DNA of 64,000 bases from Lytechinus pictus. Taxonomy: Eukaryota. Location of the stretch: assembly GCF_037042905.1 (NCBI RefSeq), contig NC_087254.1, positions 24,614,001-24,678,000 of the forward strand, written 5' to 3'. This document shows, in pieces, positions 35,801 to 46,700 of this stretch (the first letter of the stretch is position 1; the number at the start of each line of letters is the position of its first letter). The notes under the pieces were generated by a model, which worked only from the letters and a program-made list of their open reading frames with translations, searched no databases and was not told the DNA's origin. The translations under genes were made by a program, and so were the position numbers.

Positions 35801-38800
35801 TTACGACGAAGAACATGTCGATGATCGATGACAACGAAGAACAATTATGGGACGATGAAAACGCGACGCACATCATCAGCGAAGACACGTGTCCTTGAAG
35901 AACGAAGAACCATAGTTGAGTTGAAGCTCTATAACTAGGAAGAATTATGGTCGAGTCCGACGACAGAAGCTTCGGCTGACTGAAGTGAGTCATTCCCCTC
36001 TGTGACTCATGACCTTGACATAGCGGGTATAGGTGCTACCCTGACCTACGTACGTTGACTCTACATTAACCCTGGGTTGACCCTAGGTTGACAGCCGCCT
36101 AAAATAGGAATAGACCAAATACTTAACAGCAAAGACCCTAACAATTTTCTATTCACAAAGATGTCAGCTTATCGAAATTAGCTGTCATATTATCAAAGTA
36201 AATAAATAACAAGCTTTTATTAGCATGAGCTTTGTGATAGTAAAAAAATACATAACAGTGTGGAGAAATCTAATATAATTAACTTTCTCTCTGAATCGTA
36301 GATCGATTATATAATTGACTTTAACAGACTTGCAAAATACGTTTCCTTCACCGGAGGTATCACATGAAATATTCATAATTTGCAAAACAAGCTTTTTATA
36401 AATGACACAGAATTGTACGACTTTAAATAGCAAAATACAACTTTGTTCATTTTAGTAAAGATAATTGTATTCACTTTGAGGAATGGAGTAAGATAAGAAA
36501 TATATGTAATTTGGTGACAAAATGAGCAGAATATATATATGTAAATCTATCTTTCTTTCCGAAAACAGACATGCCATATTAAGCATTAGAATTGTATTAA
36601 CATTAAAACCATATAAACCAAACATTACTTACAATTCGGCATGAGTAGAAAGGAACCTGCCCGCACTGTGGCACACGCCCTTTTCCTTGGTTAGGAAACA
36701 CCCCAAAACGGACCTTCCTCTCCAAAATCAGAAGTCAGAGTGAGCTGGCTTGGCTTTTCTTGCCAGCACACCGAACAGAAATATGTAACACAAAGAGTCT
36801 GTAATCCTACACACCTGTTAACCTATAGTCTACTTATTATGACAACCCAGCCTGTTGAAATACCAGGCAACCTATCATGCCTATAGTTTAGTTACTAAGG
36901 TATGCAGTCCACATCTGTACATGGAGTTTAACAAAAGAGTTTAACAAAACATGGACTTTAACAAAAGGGTTATCTAACTTTGAATAAGATCCTACAACGA
37001 TGTATAAGGTAATATTTTTTTTCTTTCAATCTTTATTGATCAAAATATAAATTACAATATAAATCAAACAAATCAACAAGCTATTTACATGATTAAACAG
37101 AGCAGCACTTAAGTATGTATAGATTTGTAGAGACAGATCAATAAGACAAATTAAATATCAAATCTCCATTTTTTTTAAATGTACAGGTAATTTACCATTT
37201 TTCTTCTCCAAAAAAATATTCAATATCCATAATGGCTTTGATACGAGCTTTGAATTCCACAATATTGGGGGTTTTGTTATATTAATGAATTGTATAGTGT
37301 GACTTGGGTTGTATGTGGAATTATGTGTTTCATTTTGTACAGTAAACCGACTTTTCTCTAGATAATGGTGGTTATACAACGTATATGTTCGATCCAAGTT
37401 AAATTTTCATCTAAAGTGACACCTATTTTTTTTTCTTTTTAGAGGAATATTGTCTATTGTTATATTATAAGGAAATTCAGCAATATGTGAATTTGTATGT
37501 TTGATATATATATATATATATATACGGGCCGTGTGGTCCAGTGGTTAGAGCATTGGACTCATAATCGCAAGGTTGTGAGTTCGAATCCCAACTCTGCCAT
37601 TGTCTCCACTTTGATAAAAAGGCCCGAGAGTAATATATGTCGTCTATAAGGTCAGCCATTATGACTGATTAACCTAGACGTAAAATGTTTTCTAGGTAAT
37701 TGGTTACATACCAGCTTGGCGTTTACCAGCTAAATGCTGTCCTGCCGAGTTCCTACGGGAATTACCATAAACAGAAACAGTTTGTTTTATCTAAGGATAT
37801 TTTAATAAAAATACTAGTGGAGAGTGACCTGAAAATTTGCATTTCCTTCGACCGGATGTTTCATAACTACAGGACACCGATGAACCAGTGGCATCAGTGA
37901 CGGACAAAGCTGGAAATAAAGAACAAAATATGAAAATATTGATAACTTTTATATCAGCTCACAATAATCTCACGACTGTATATTATTGACCTATCACATG
38001 CATAAAATTTATTTACCATGGCCCTGTTATTCTGCTTATTAAACCCATAATCATATTTCTCAAAAGATGGGACAATTATTCCAGTCTTATCAAATAATTT
38101 TTCTTTGTACATTTATATGTCTGATGACTAGATATCTTGTTAGTGATCTTTTCTCATTTGACTCAGTTTTAATAGATTTCATTGTAATTTCAGCAATGAA
38201 TAACAGTTAAATCTTGCCTGTTTTTTTCACATAGCATTGTTTCGTTTAACGTTTATTTATCGGGCTATTTATACTATAGACCTTTTGTGTTGTTCATTGT
38301 GTATATGTTTATTAAGTTTTTGCCCTATCATTTACATAGAATCTTCATTTATAGTGGTTAATTTTCACATCCCACTGCATTTACTCAAGGGCTTAGTTCA
38401 AGGTAAACATAATGACATTTTAATTAAATAAGATCTCATCACCAATCATGCCAATACTGGAATGAATTCTGGACCTTCCGAAAACTGCATTATTTTTTCT
38501 TTTAAACACAGCATATAAAAAAGGTGAAAATATCATAGATGTCATTCTAAGAAAACATAAGGTTGAAAAAAGTGAAATCGATTCGAGTCGAAGAGAAAAA
38601 AAGTAGAGAATTACGTAGATGTAGGTTACCTATGAGCACGATGAGGAGGACGGTATGATAGAATACACAACATCTTATCTGCTGGGGAGACACAGAGCTC
38701 TGTAAAAATCAGGGATTATATAGTTAAATAAGATGACAAGAATACCAAAATCAATAACACAAGTGATTGTAATACTGTATCATTTATAGATTTAATAGAT

Positions 38801-40249
38801 TTAAATATTTCCTGTCATGCTTCCTAACTTGCATTCTTGGCGGACTTTAGGGGTTTATGCTGGTTAAAGGGGCCAGGTAGAAGCAAATATGCAACCAGTC
38901 TAAACATAAAGCAATGAAACGCTTTAACGTGATGATGCTGTCATCTTAAAGGTCAAGTCCACCCCAGAAAAATACTGACTTGAATAAATAGAGAAAAATC
39001 AAACTAGCATAGTGCTGAAAATTTCATCAAAATCGGATGTAAAATAAGAAAAATATGACATTTTAAAGCTTCGCTTATTTTTCACAAAACAGTGATATGC
39101 ACAACTAGGTGAGTCTGTCGATGATGTCCATCACTCACTATTTCTTTTGTTTTTTATTGTTTGAATTATACAATATTTCATTTTTTTTATAGATTTGACA
39201 ATAAGGACCAACTTGACTGAACCATATAGTATTAAACAATGCTAATTCCACATGTTCAGGGAGGAATTAATCATTGTATCACTTGACAATGAGGAGAAAA
39301 TAAAAAATATTTAATATTTCACATAATAAAATACAAAATACAAAAGAAATAGTGAGTGGATGACGTCATAGTCTCCTCATTTGCATACCAGCCAGGGTGT
39401 GCATATAACTGTTTTGTGAAATTAAGCGAAGCTTTAAAATGTCATAACTTTCTTATTTTACATCCGATTTTGATGAAATTTTTAGTGTTATGCTTGTTGG
39501 ATTTTTCTCTTTTTATTCAAATCAACTTTTTGTTGAGGTGGACTTGTCCTTTAACATTGTGTATAGTGGGTCAGCTATTTTTGACAGGAAATTGTTTCTA
39601 GGCATAAACACCTTTTGTTTGTGCTTACTTCCTACCATGTACACGTATCTGCAAATTAATGTAAAACTACAGGTGGTGACACTACAATTGCTCCTGCGAT
39701 AATTGCTCCGGTCTTGATGTCTCGGAGGGCATCAGGGTTAGAGTTAGGGCTGTAATATAGTTTTTGGTTCAGAATAATGTAAAGATAAGGATTTGGGGTT
39801 TATTTAGCTTTAGATGTAACGTTTTATGTTTAGCTTAACGTGCAAATTTCCCATCGGAGCAATTGTCGTCGGAGCAAAAGTGATGGAACCAGATAGGTTA
39901 TTGATCTTAATTGGATTTTGCATGGTGAAATAAAAACAAACAAACAAAACAAACATGATGGTGACATTTGACATCTTTTTTCATGTTTCATCGACGCATA
40001 TTGCTACGTTAGACATTTATCACTTCAAGCGTTCATTCAGGCGTGTGTGTGCGTAGGCGCGCGAGGGTGGGTGTGTTTGCGTGTAAACAGTTTAGACATA
40101 GTTAGATATATGGAATGAAACAAAGGGAAACGAAGCACAAAAAATGCAGTTATACGGTACAATACAATTGGGCATAATCATCATGATCATGCAATGGTTG
40201 AATCGAAAATCATTAACTGTTTTATACTTACCCACTTTGAAACCTTCAT
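23812..40249 (-). CDS. Gene B: secreted paralog with Cys-loop mini-exon, Thr stalk, YWTD propeller and acidic tail, 390 aa. complement(join(23812..24125,24739..24860,25326..25491,26119..26520,37829..37909,38630..38699,40232..40249))
   Basis: GT-AG introns, phases 0,1,1,1,2,1, 1173 nt open. Signal MKVSKW|SSVSPQQIRCCVFYHTVLLIVLI|ALSVTDA. Motifs PWDIDFDETGQKIYWTD, PRAIVVDDEQNVIYWTRD and LLFSD. The 5' exons are supported by homology of exon 37829-37909 to gene D exon 63830-63913. Confidence 0.8.
24290..24575. repeat. Interspersed palindromic repeat family; other copies at ~15145-15350, ~45480-45750 and, partially, ~57830-57890
   Basis: Shared AAAGCCCTTCATAAC...GCCTTTGTC.AAAATC core and CAGACGCTTTCT / AGAAAGCGTCTG arms. 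Confidence 0.65.
28020..28430. mobile_element. Harbinger-like MITE
   Basis: AGGCCACCGCACATCTTACGA ... TCGTAAGGTGTGCGATCGCCT, with long internal inverted similarity and TTA-like flanks. Confidence 0.7.
28763..30334 (-). repeat. 3' LTR (1572 bp)
   Basis: Differs from the 5' LTR by about 9 substitutions and one 3-nt indel (counted by eye). Confidence 0.95.
30608..35069 (-). pseudogene. Disrupted gag-pol polyprotein (gag, PR, INT, RT, RNase H)
   Basis: ORFs 34743-35069, 32792-34852 and 30608-32776. Frameshifting lesion near 34750. In-frame TGA at 32792-32794 inside the integrase (QFTSGMM*EVGRLLSI). Confidence 0.9.
35408..35425 (-). promoter_or_regulatory. Primer-binding site complementary to tRNA-Pro
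   Basis: TGGGGGCTTGTCCGGGAG, 2 nt inside the 5' LTR; 16/18 match to the canonical tRNA-Pro PBS TGGGGGCTCGTCCGGGAT. Confidence 0.85.
35428..36996 (-). repeat. 5' LTR (1569 bp)
   Basis: Direct repeat of 28763-30334; immediately followed on the minus strand by the PBS. Confidence 0.95.
37014..37470 (-). mobile_element. 3' fragment of an L1/Tx1-like LINE
   Basis: Poly(A) tail and AATAAA on the minus strand. The C-terminal peptide EKKNGKLPVHLKK resembles Tx1/L1 ORF2 ends. The 5' boundary is approximate. Confidence 0.5.
37527..37775 (+). mobile_element. tRNA-derived SINE
   Basis: A box TGGTCCAGTGG, B box GTTCGAATC, tRNA-like head with CAT loop, then a non-tRNA body. Preceded by (TA)n. Confidence 0.75.
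38950..39550. mobile_element. Kolobok-type MITE
   Basis: TTAA TSD; termini AGGTCAAGTCCACC ... GGTGGACTTGTCCT; second copy at 53295-53851. Confidence 0.8.
39672..39890. mobile_element. MITE with CAATTGCTCC subterminal inverted repeats and TTAGGG-like internal repeats
   Basis: caattgctcc ... ggagcaattg arms; internal gggttagagttaggg. Confidence 0.5.
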
Positions 40250-40593
40250 CCCCAGAAACTCATTCATTACTCCTACCATCCCTTCAAAAATGACGGAATT
40301 ATTTAACTATCATAATGTTTATCACATCAGGTCAGTACAAGATGAGAAATGGTCTACTTAAACAGTGATAGTGATGAAACGAGCTAGGCACAGTCCTTCA
40401 CCTTCAAGTGAAAGTGTATAACTTGACTTATTTCCGAGGACAGCTTGCATGCATAAAAGTAACAAAGCATGCATAATAGGTTACGAATTCGATACAATAC
40501 TGGAGCCCACTCCCCGCCTCACATCCATACTACTCTCCCTCTCTCCATACACATGTTTCCTTTTTGCAGTTATCTATCTTGTCTCTCCCTCTT

Positions 40594-40603
<10 letters not shown>

Positions 40604-40655
<52 letters not shown>
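40604..40655. repeat. (CT)n microsatellite between the divergent genes B and C
   Basis: Direct reading of the sequence. Confidence 0.95.
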
Positions 40656-41641
40656 AAATGTCGGTTTGAAATTGGTGTGATCAAATTAATTATATATATG
40701 CTACCTGTATTGATCTATTCTTTTTTTTAATTAAGTGTATTGATACAGACACTAAATGTTGTGGAGCCAAATAGCTTATTTGAGCCCTACATGCTATTTT
40801 TCATTCCCCCTCTCTCTCCGCCCTCCTTTTCTCTGTCTAAAGGTCTATTCTGTATTCGCTCTAATGTCTAATATACCTATACGCTCCTTCTGTTTTATGT
40901 AATTCCCTGTCTCTCCCCCCCCCCCCGCCCTAACACTCTTCTTTCTCTCTGTGTCTCTCTCTTCCCATTTCCCCCTCGATCGGTCATTAGTGATGTCAAT
41001 TTAGATCGCTGTTCGATCAATCCGTACTACATCCATTTACGACGTTATCCACGCATTCTGTATATTGATCCATTAATCGTTTTAGTTATTAAATGAAATA
41101 ATACAGACATTGTCTTATGACATAACTGATGTGAAATCCCTAATAGTAATAGTCAGTTATCCTCGGGAGATACTTGTATCTGTTTTAACACAAAAACTGT
41201 TGAGTATTTTATTTCTCACGTTTATCTTACTTTGTCTTCTCCATCTTTCCCTTTATATTTTTTCCTCCTCCCCTGTTTTTCTTCACCTTCATCTTCAGCC
41301 TCTGTCACACTCACCCTTTATATCTCCATTTTCCCGCCTCCTTCACTTTATTCATCCTTACTAGACTAATTGAGTCACGTGCCCTTTATTCACCAATATA
41401 CATTTAAAAATATCCACTGCCAATTGTTGCAAGCTTTTTCTAATAAAATGCCGAACTCCGAGCTCCGGAAATTACAATATTTTAAAAGAAGCGTGGGATA
41501 TCATGACCTTGTGTCTTCTAGACCTCTTAAATCTAATAGTCATTATCTTCCCATAATTGCTCAATTCTATAATTTCTAAAGACCGCAGTAGTAAGTAGAT
41601 CAGTATATTCAAATCAATTCAGATGCACTGGAGACCTCAAG

Positions 41642-43689
41642 ATGAATGTATACATGGTGAGTTCCATCTTTACCAATTAAGATTCTTATACACTGTAAAA
41701 ATGAAGTGCTAATTTAGCACTAACAGTGCAGTCACTATACAAGCACTGTAAGTGCTAAATTAGCACTTTATTTTTTACACTGTATAAGTTTGGTTTAGTT
41801 TTAGATTTTTTTGGGTCAGATTTTGGCTTTATTGCTGTAACAGATTGAGCATATACCCATCTGATTGTTATTCAACTAATATTTTTCGCTTGCTTTGATG
41901 TCTGTATAAATGTCTGTATCATTGGTATTTACATTAGATGTGTGATGTTTGAGAGCACGTAGTACTCTGTTTGCATTAAGGAACTTTAATCCGATCTTCT
42001 TCATTACATACGAAATACCAGCTTCGTAAACGTTTAATGATAATAATACGATGTTTTGGACTGATAAACTCAACGGGGGTTATATATTGTCTTTGTCTTT
42101 ATATATTTTTTTCATTTTTTTTCTGCTAATCATACCCATGACTGTACTATCAAGAGTGTAATTGTTTTAGAGATGTGCACTTAAATATATGTACCAAGGG
42201 AACAAAACATTCATAATCATTTAGGCAAAGTGTTGAAAATGAATCAGGCATATAATCTTGCATTAAAAGGTATATGCCTATAAAACGATTAAAGCGCGAA
42301 TAGGACATATTGGTGCAAAGAGGGAATTGTATATTGACATTGTGGAAAATCTCGATTATACAATAATAATTGTAAGTCACGGTAATTATTGGTAATTTAC
42401 AGTTACTGATAATGAATTGATGGGTTAGACTGGTACATAAGACTGGAATGAGTGGTTAAAATTCAATCGAGATTTAATCAAATTTTTCTTCTTTTTTAAA
42501 ATATTTACTGTGGAGGGAATATCCGTAGATTACAATGAAGATGGTTTTATTTTACATAAATTTAATTTCATAATGAAATCATGCTGTCTTTTAAGAGTCA
42601 AATGATTTTTGTTTTCTATGTCAGCGGAATGCTTTACTCCATTTCCATCATGAGATGATTTTCCAAAAACCTTTTCACAATCAGAAGAATTTATTCATAT
42701 TCTATATATTTTGTTGATTCAGAAAACAGGAAGACGCTGTTGGACGCTAGTGATCCTTCTCACCATGGTAACGGGTAAATACAACAAACACTCTTCTTTA
42801 ATTTCGGTAATCATTACTTGTGGTCATAATAATGGCAGTCAATATAGGATCGGTTGATTGGCCTCTCCTGAAAACATCTTTACTTCGCTCAATAATGACA
42901 GCGGACTGTTGATTTATTTTTAAAACAAATTGTAAAGAATATGATAAAGACAATAAATTGAGATTGATTCAAATAACTAGCTCATCAAGAATATCAAATG
43001 CGTCAAGGTCATTGATTATGTGACATCATTAATTATCTCGAGCCGATGCAAAATGTGATAATACTCTTTACATGTGTACTATATACAATTAAATATAAAA
43101 GCAATATATTCATCTCTATCTCTCCTCCTCCTCTCTCTCTCATTTTCTATTTCTATCCCCTTATATATATATATATATATATATATAAGGGGATCTGTCT
43201 TGGCTGGACAAATACAATTTTTATAAATAATTTCAAGAATTTCTCATAGGTTTATTATCATTATTATTGCTCTACTCTCCTCCATACATTATTAACAGTT
43301 GATTTCAAGATAGAGTGATTTGGGAGGCCATTGTCACCTCCTTTTATCGTAATTTATTTTCTTGATATATTATAAGCCTTTATCCTTTCTATTCTTGCAT
43401 TTTCATGATTGTGGTGGCGTCATAATAAGTGATTGTTACGTAACAATGATATCCTCACGCGATAATTTTTACAGCCTGCGCCTCCAATATGCTTTTTTTA
43501 TTATTATTATGATGGTGATGCTGTTTTGTGCGCGGTTCCATGACTACCACAATCATGAATGTTATTATTTCAGTTCTTGTCTCTGTGAGCTTTATTGTAT
43601 CCCTGAGGAAGACGTATGTTTAACGTCGAAAATTTGGAATTCAAAATAAACTGTTGGAACAAAGTACAATGCATTACCACTTTGCCTCA

Positions 43690-43733
<44 letters not shown>

Positions 43734-43736
43734 TTG

Positions 43737-43777
<41 letters not shown>

Positions 43778-46700
43778 TTATTTCTTGTGTTGCTTCAAAT
43801 TTAAATTTCTTTTCAAGCTTTAAACGACCGTGTTTTTTGTGTAGTTCCCTTTTATTTCTTACTAAGTTACTATGATAATTCGCGTGGCTACTTTCACAGA
43901 CTTGATCCTATCAATTTCCTTTACGAAATTAAAACGTGGAAGGATAAGATACAATAGGCAATTTTTTTTCCATGCTTTGCGCTCCATTATTATCGTCATC
44001 ATTATAACTTATTTTTATATGCTATAATGCCTATATTATTGTTTCCATTCTCGTTATTTTTAGCATTGTCGTTTTATTTGTTTCGTCGTTTCGTCTTTGT
44101 TAGTACTACTATCATTAAACATGCATATATTTGAGCATTTAAATTACACTATTCCACTTGAGCATACTTTACGCGCTTTACAATTTAAGTAGTTCTACTT
44201 TCCAAATGCTTACATTGTACATGATATATAAACATGATAAAGTGGATGTGATGTTATAGAGAAAATGAATATTTCAAAGCTTTTTTAATAATTGTAATGA
44301 AGGGCAATAACATTATTGTTATTATCAAAACTGTAAGAATCATCATTATCATTGTAATCACTGTTATTTTTGTTTTCATTATCATAATTTCAACATCGTT
44401 ATCTATTAATTCGTATTCGTTATCTATCAATTGTATATTTGTTTTGTATTACTTCAATTCAATTCGGTTTATTAAATATAAAACAGAATACAATGCTGTA
44501 GTCCGAAGACTAATTGTGCAATGTTTACATTGAATTTTATTTACATTTGAAGATTGTACATACACTTTAAAAATTATTCACATATAAATGAGAAACAGTT
44601 GGTTGACTGAGTCATGCATAAGTGAGATTTCATTAGATAATACTAGCATGGGATTCTGATAATTGTGTATTGGGGGAAAAAACTGTTTAAAACTTAAAAT
44701 CATACAACAAAAAGGTCAAAAATATAATTCAGATTTGATTGTCATTATGAAGTTATGAAATAGAGATTTAGAATCAAGTTATTGCAACAGAAATAATCAT
44801 AGTTATAGAACATTTAAATAAAAAACACAACCTTTGAGATATGAAATCCATTAAGAATGGAACAGAGATTACTTTGAGATATGGGATTGAGGCTGATAAA
44901 ATAATTCATAATAATTCTAAAGAAAATATATCAATTAATAAGAACAAATACATGCATATAAATTAAAATCATTCACATAGCTAAACATTTACAACTGAGC
45001 ATTGACCAGTTTGACAAGTGAGGGTACACTTGATTTCCTATTTCGTTCAGTTCTAGTGTAAGGAAGGTCCAAGTGATGAGAATTCCTCAGTATACATGTA
45101 CCTCGCGAGACATGCTGCCGTTCTTGTTTTGAACAAAATATTGGCGAATGCCAGTGACGTTCTAATAAATTCAATTCAATTAAATTATATCACTTCGTTG
45201 AATATATTTTTTAATTACATTTACATTTCTTCCACTCCCTAGTGCCAAGTCTATCTTCTGGGAGCAAGTGCACCCCAGATTCAAACTCCGGAAGGACCAT
45301 CAACTACACTGTTCCGAGGATGCACCATTGTCCCCTCAAGACACAATTCGATGGGACAGTCGTGGAAACCGTTCCGAAGCTTATCAGACGCGTGTTCCCT
45401 GTATCAGAATGTGAAGATTCAGTTGTAACCGGTATTCAGATATGCCGTGTTCCAGGTATGAAACCGTCAAGGCATTTTAACAATCACTTCGCAGACTATT
45501 TTCATAACGCAGATAATCTTTTGTCAAAGGCCCTTCATAACCAATCAGCCTTTGTCGAAAATCGATGAATCATAACATCAGTGTCGTCCTGGACTCTGGA
45601 CAAACGATATATTTGCTATTTTTTGTCTGATCCGAATCTTAAGACGATGTGCTCTCACGATCCACCAACTTCTGGACAATGACCTCTAATCTGTCAATTT
45701 TTGTCATTTGACGGGCTCGATGCAGAAAGCGTCTGCGAATTGGATGCTGAAATAGGCTACTTTTGGTTTCTGAAGCAGGAAAGCTCGCCGCAAAGAGCAT
45801 GCTACAGTCACATTATGAAACTAGGCCAATCGTAACTACATCACACCATTTTGTATATTATCGCCTTGGTTTTTTGGAGTTCGTTTCGTAAAGTTGACTG
45901 TTCCTTCAACAGGATTTATATCTCACAGGTTTTCTTCATATTACCAAAAGAGATGGGAAAATAAAATGGCGCCACTTCGTGTTTCACAGGCAGAAAACGT
46001 CTGCCAATTGGATGCTCAAATACGCACTTTTGGTATCTGAAGCAGGAAAGCTCGCCGCAAAGAGCATGCTACCGTCATATTATGAAACTAGACCAATCGT
46101 AACTACATTACACCATTTTGTATATTATCGCCTTGATTTTTTTAAGTTCGTTTCGTAGAGGTGACTGTTCCTTCAACAGGATTTATATCTCACAGATTTT
46201 CTTCATATTACCAAAAGTGATGGGAAATATATAATGGCGCCACCTCGTGTTTCACAGGCAGGAAAAACTGCAAAGGCCCCCCAAAACTTGTGAACCTGGT
46301 TTTAGATTTTAGAATGATGTCAAAAACATCTAGCCCATTTAAAGCCCCCCCCCCCCCCCATCCTGCCTATATCGTGAAAAGAAACCTGCATTTCAATTCC
46401 CTCCATTCAATAAAAAAAAAACAGCAGTGTTTTACTTATGTTTTGTTATTATTGACGCGGAAAAGAGGAACAAATTTTTAATCGTTGTAAATTGCAAAAT
46501 CTGTATTAAACGAGTTGAATGTCAAGTCCACTCTAACACAAGTTGAGTAGTTTAAATAGAGAAAAATAAAACGAAGTCGTTACATCAAAGTCGATGAGAA
46601 TCGGATGTAAAGTGTTAAAAAATGACATTTTCCATTTTTGGCTCATTTACACTTAACATGCTGAAAGGGCAGACGAACCAGCAGACAATAAATCCCATCT

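Larger units (their letters stand above)
28763..36996 (-). mobile_element. Full-length Gmr1-like Ty3/Gypsy LTR retrotransposon in intron 3 of gene B
   Basis: Two ~1.57-kb TG...CA LTRs. Gag with CCHC knuckle (CFVCNKMGHFAQDC), protease (LRDTGCS), integrase (HHCC, DLVGP, SDRGTQF, VERFN, WKGPF), then RT (YLDD) and RNase H. tRNA-Pro PBS. Confidence 0.95.

Noticed and set aside
37527-37600. tRNA-Met-like gene
   Set aside because: The acceptor stem pairs poorly, there is no poly-T terminator, and it continues into a SINE body.
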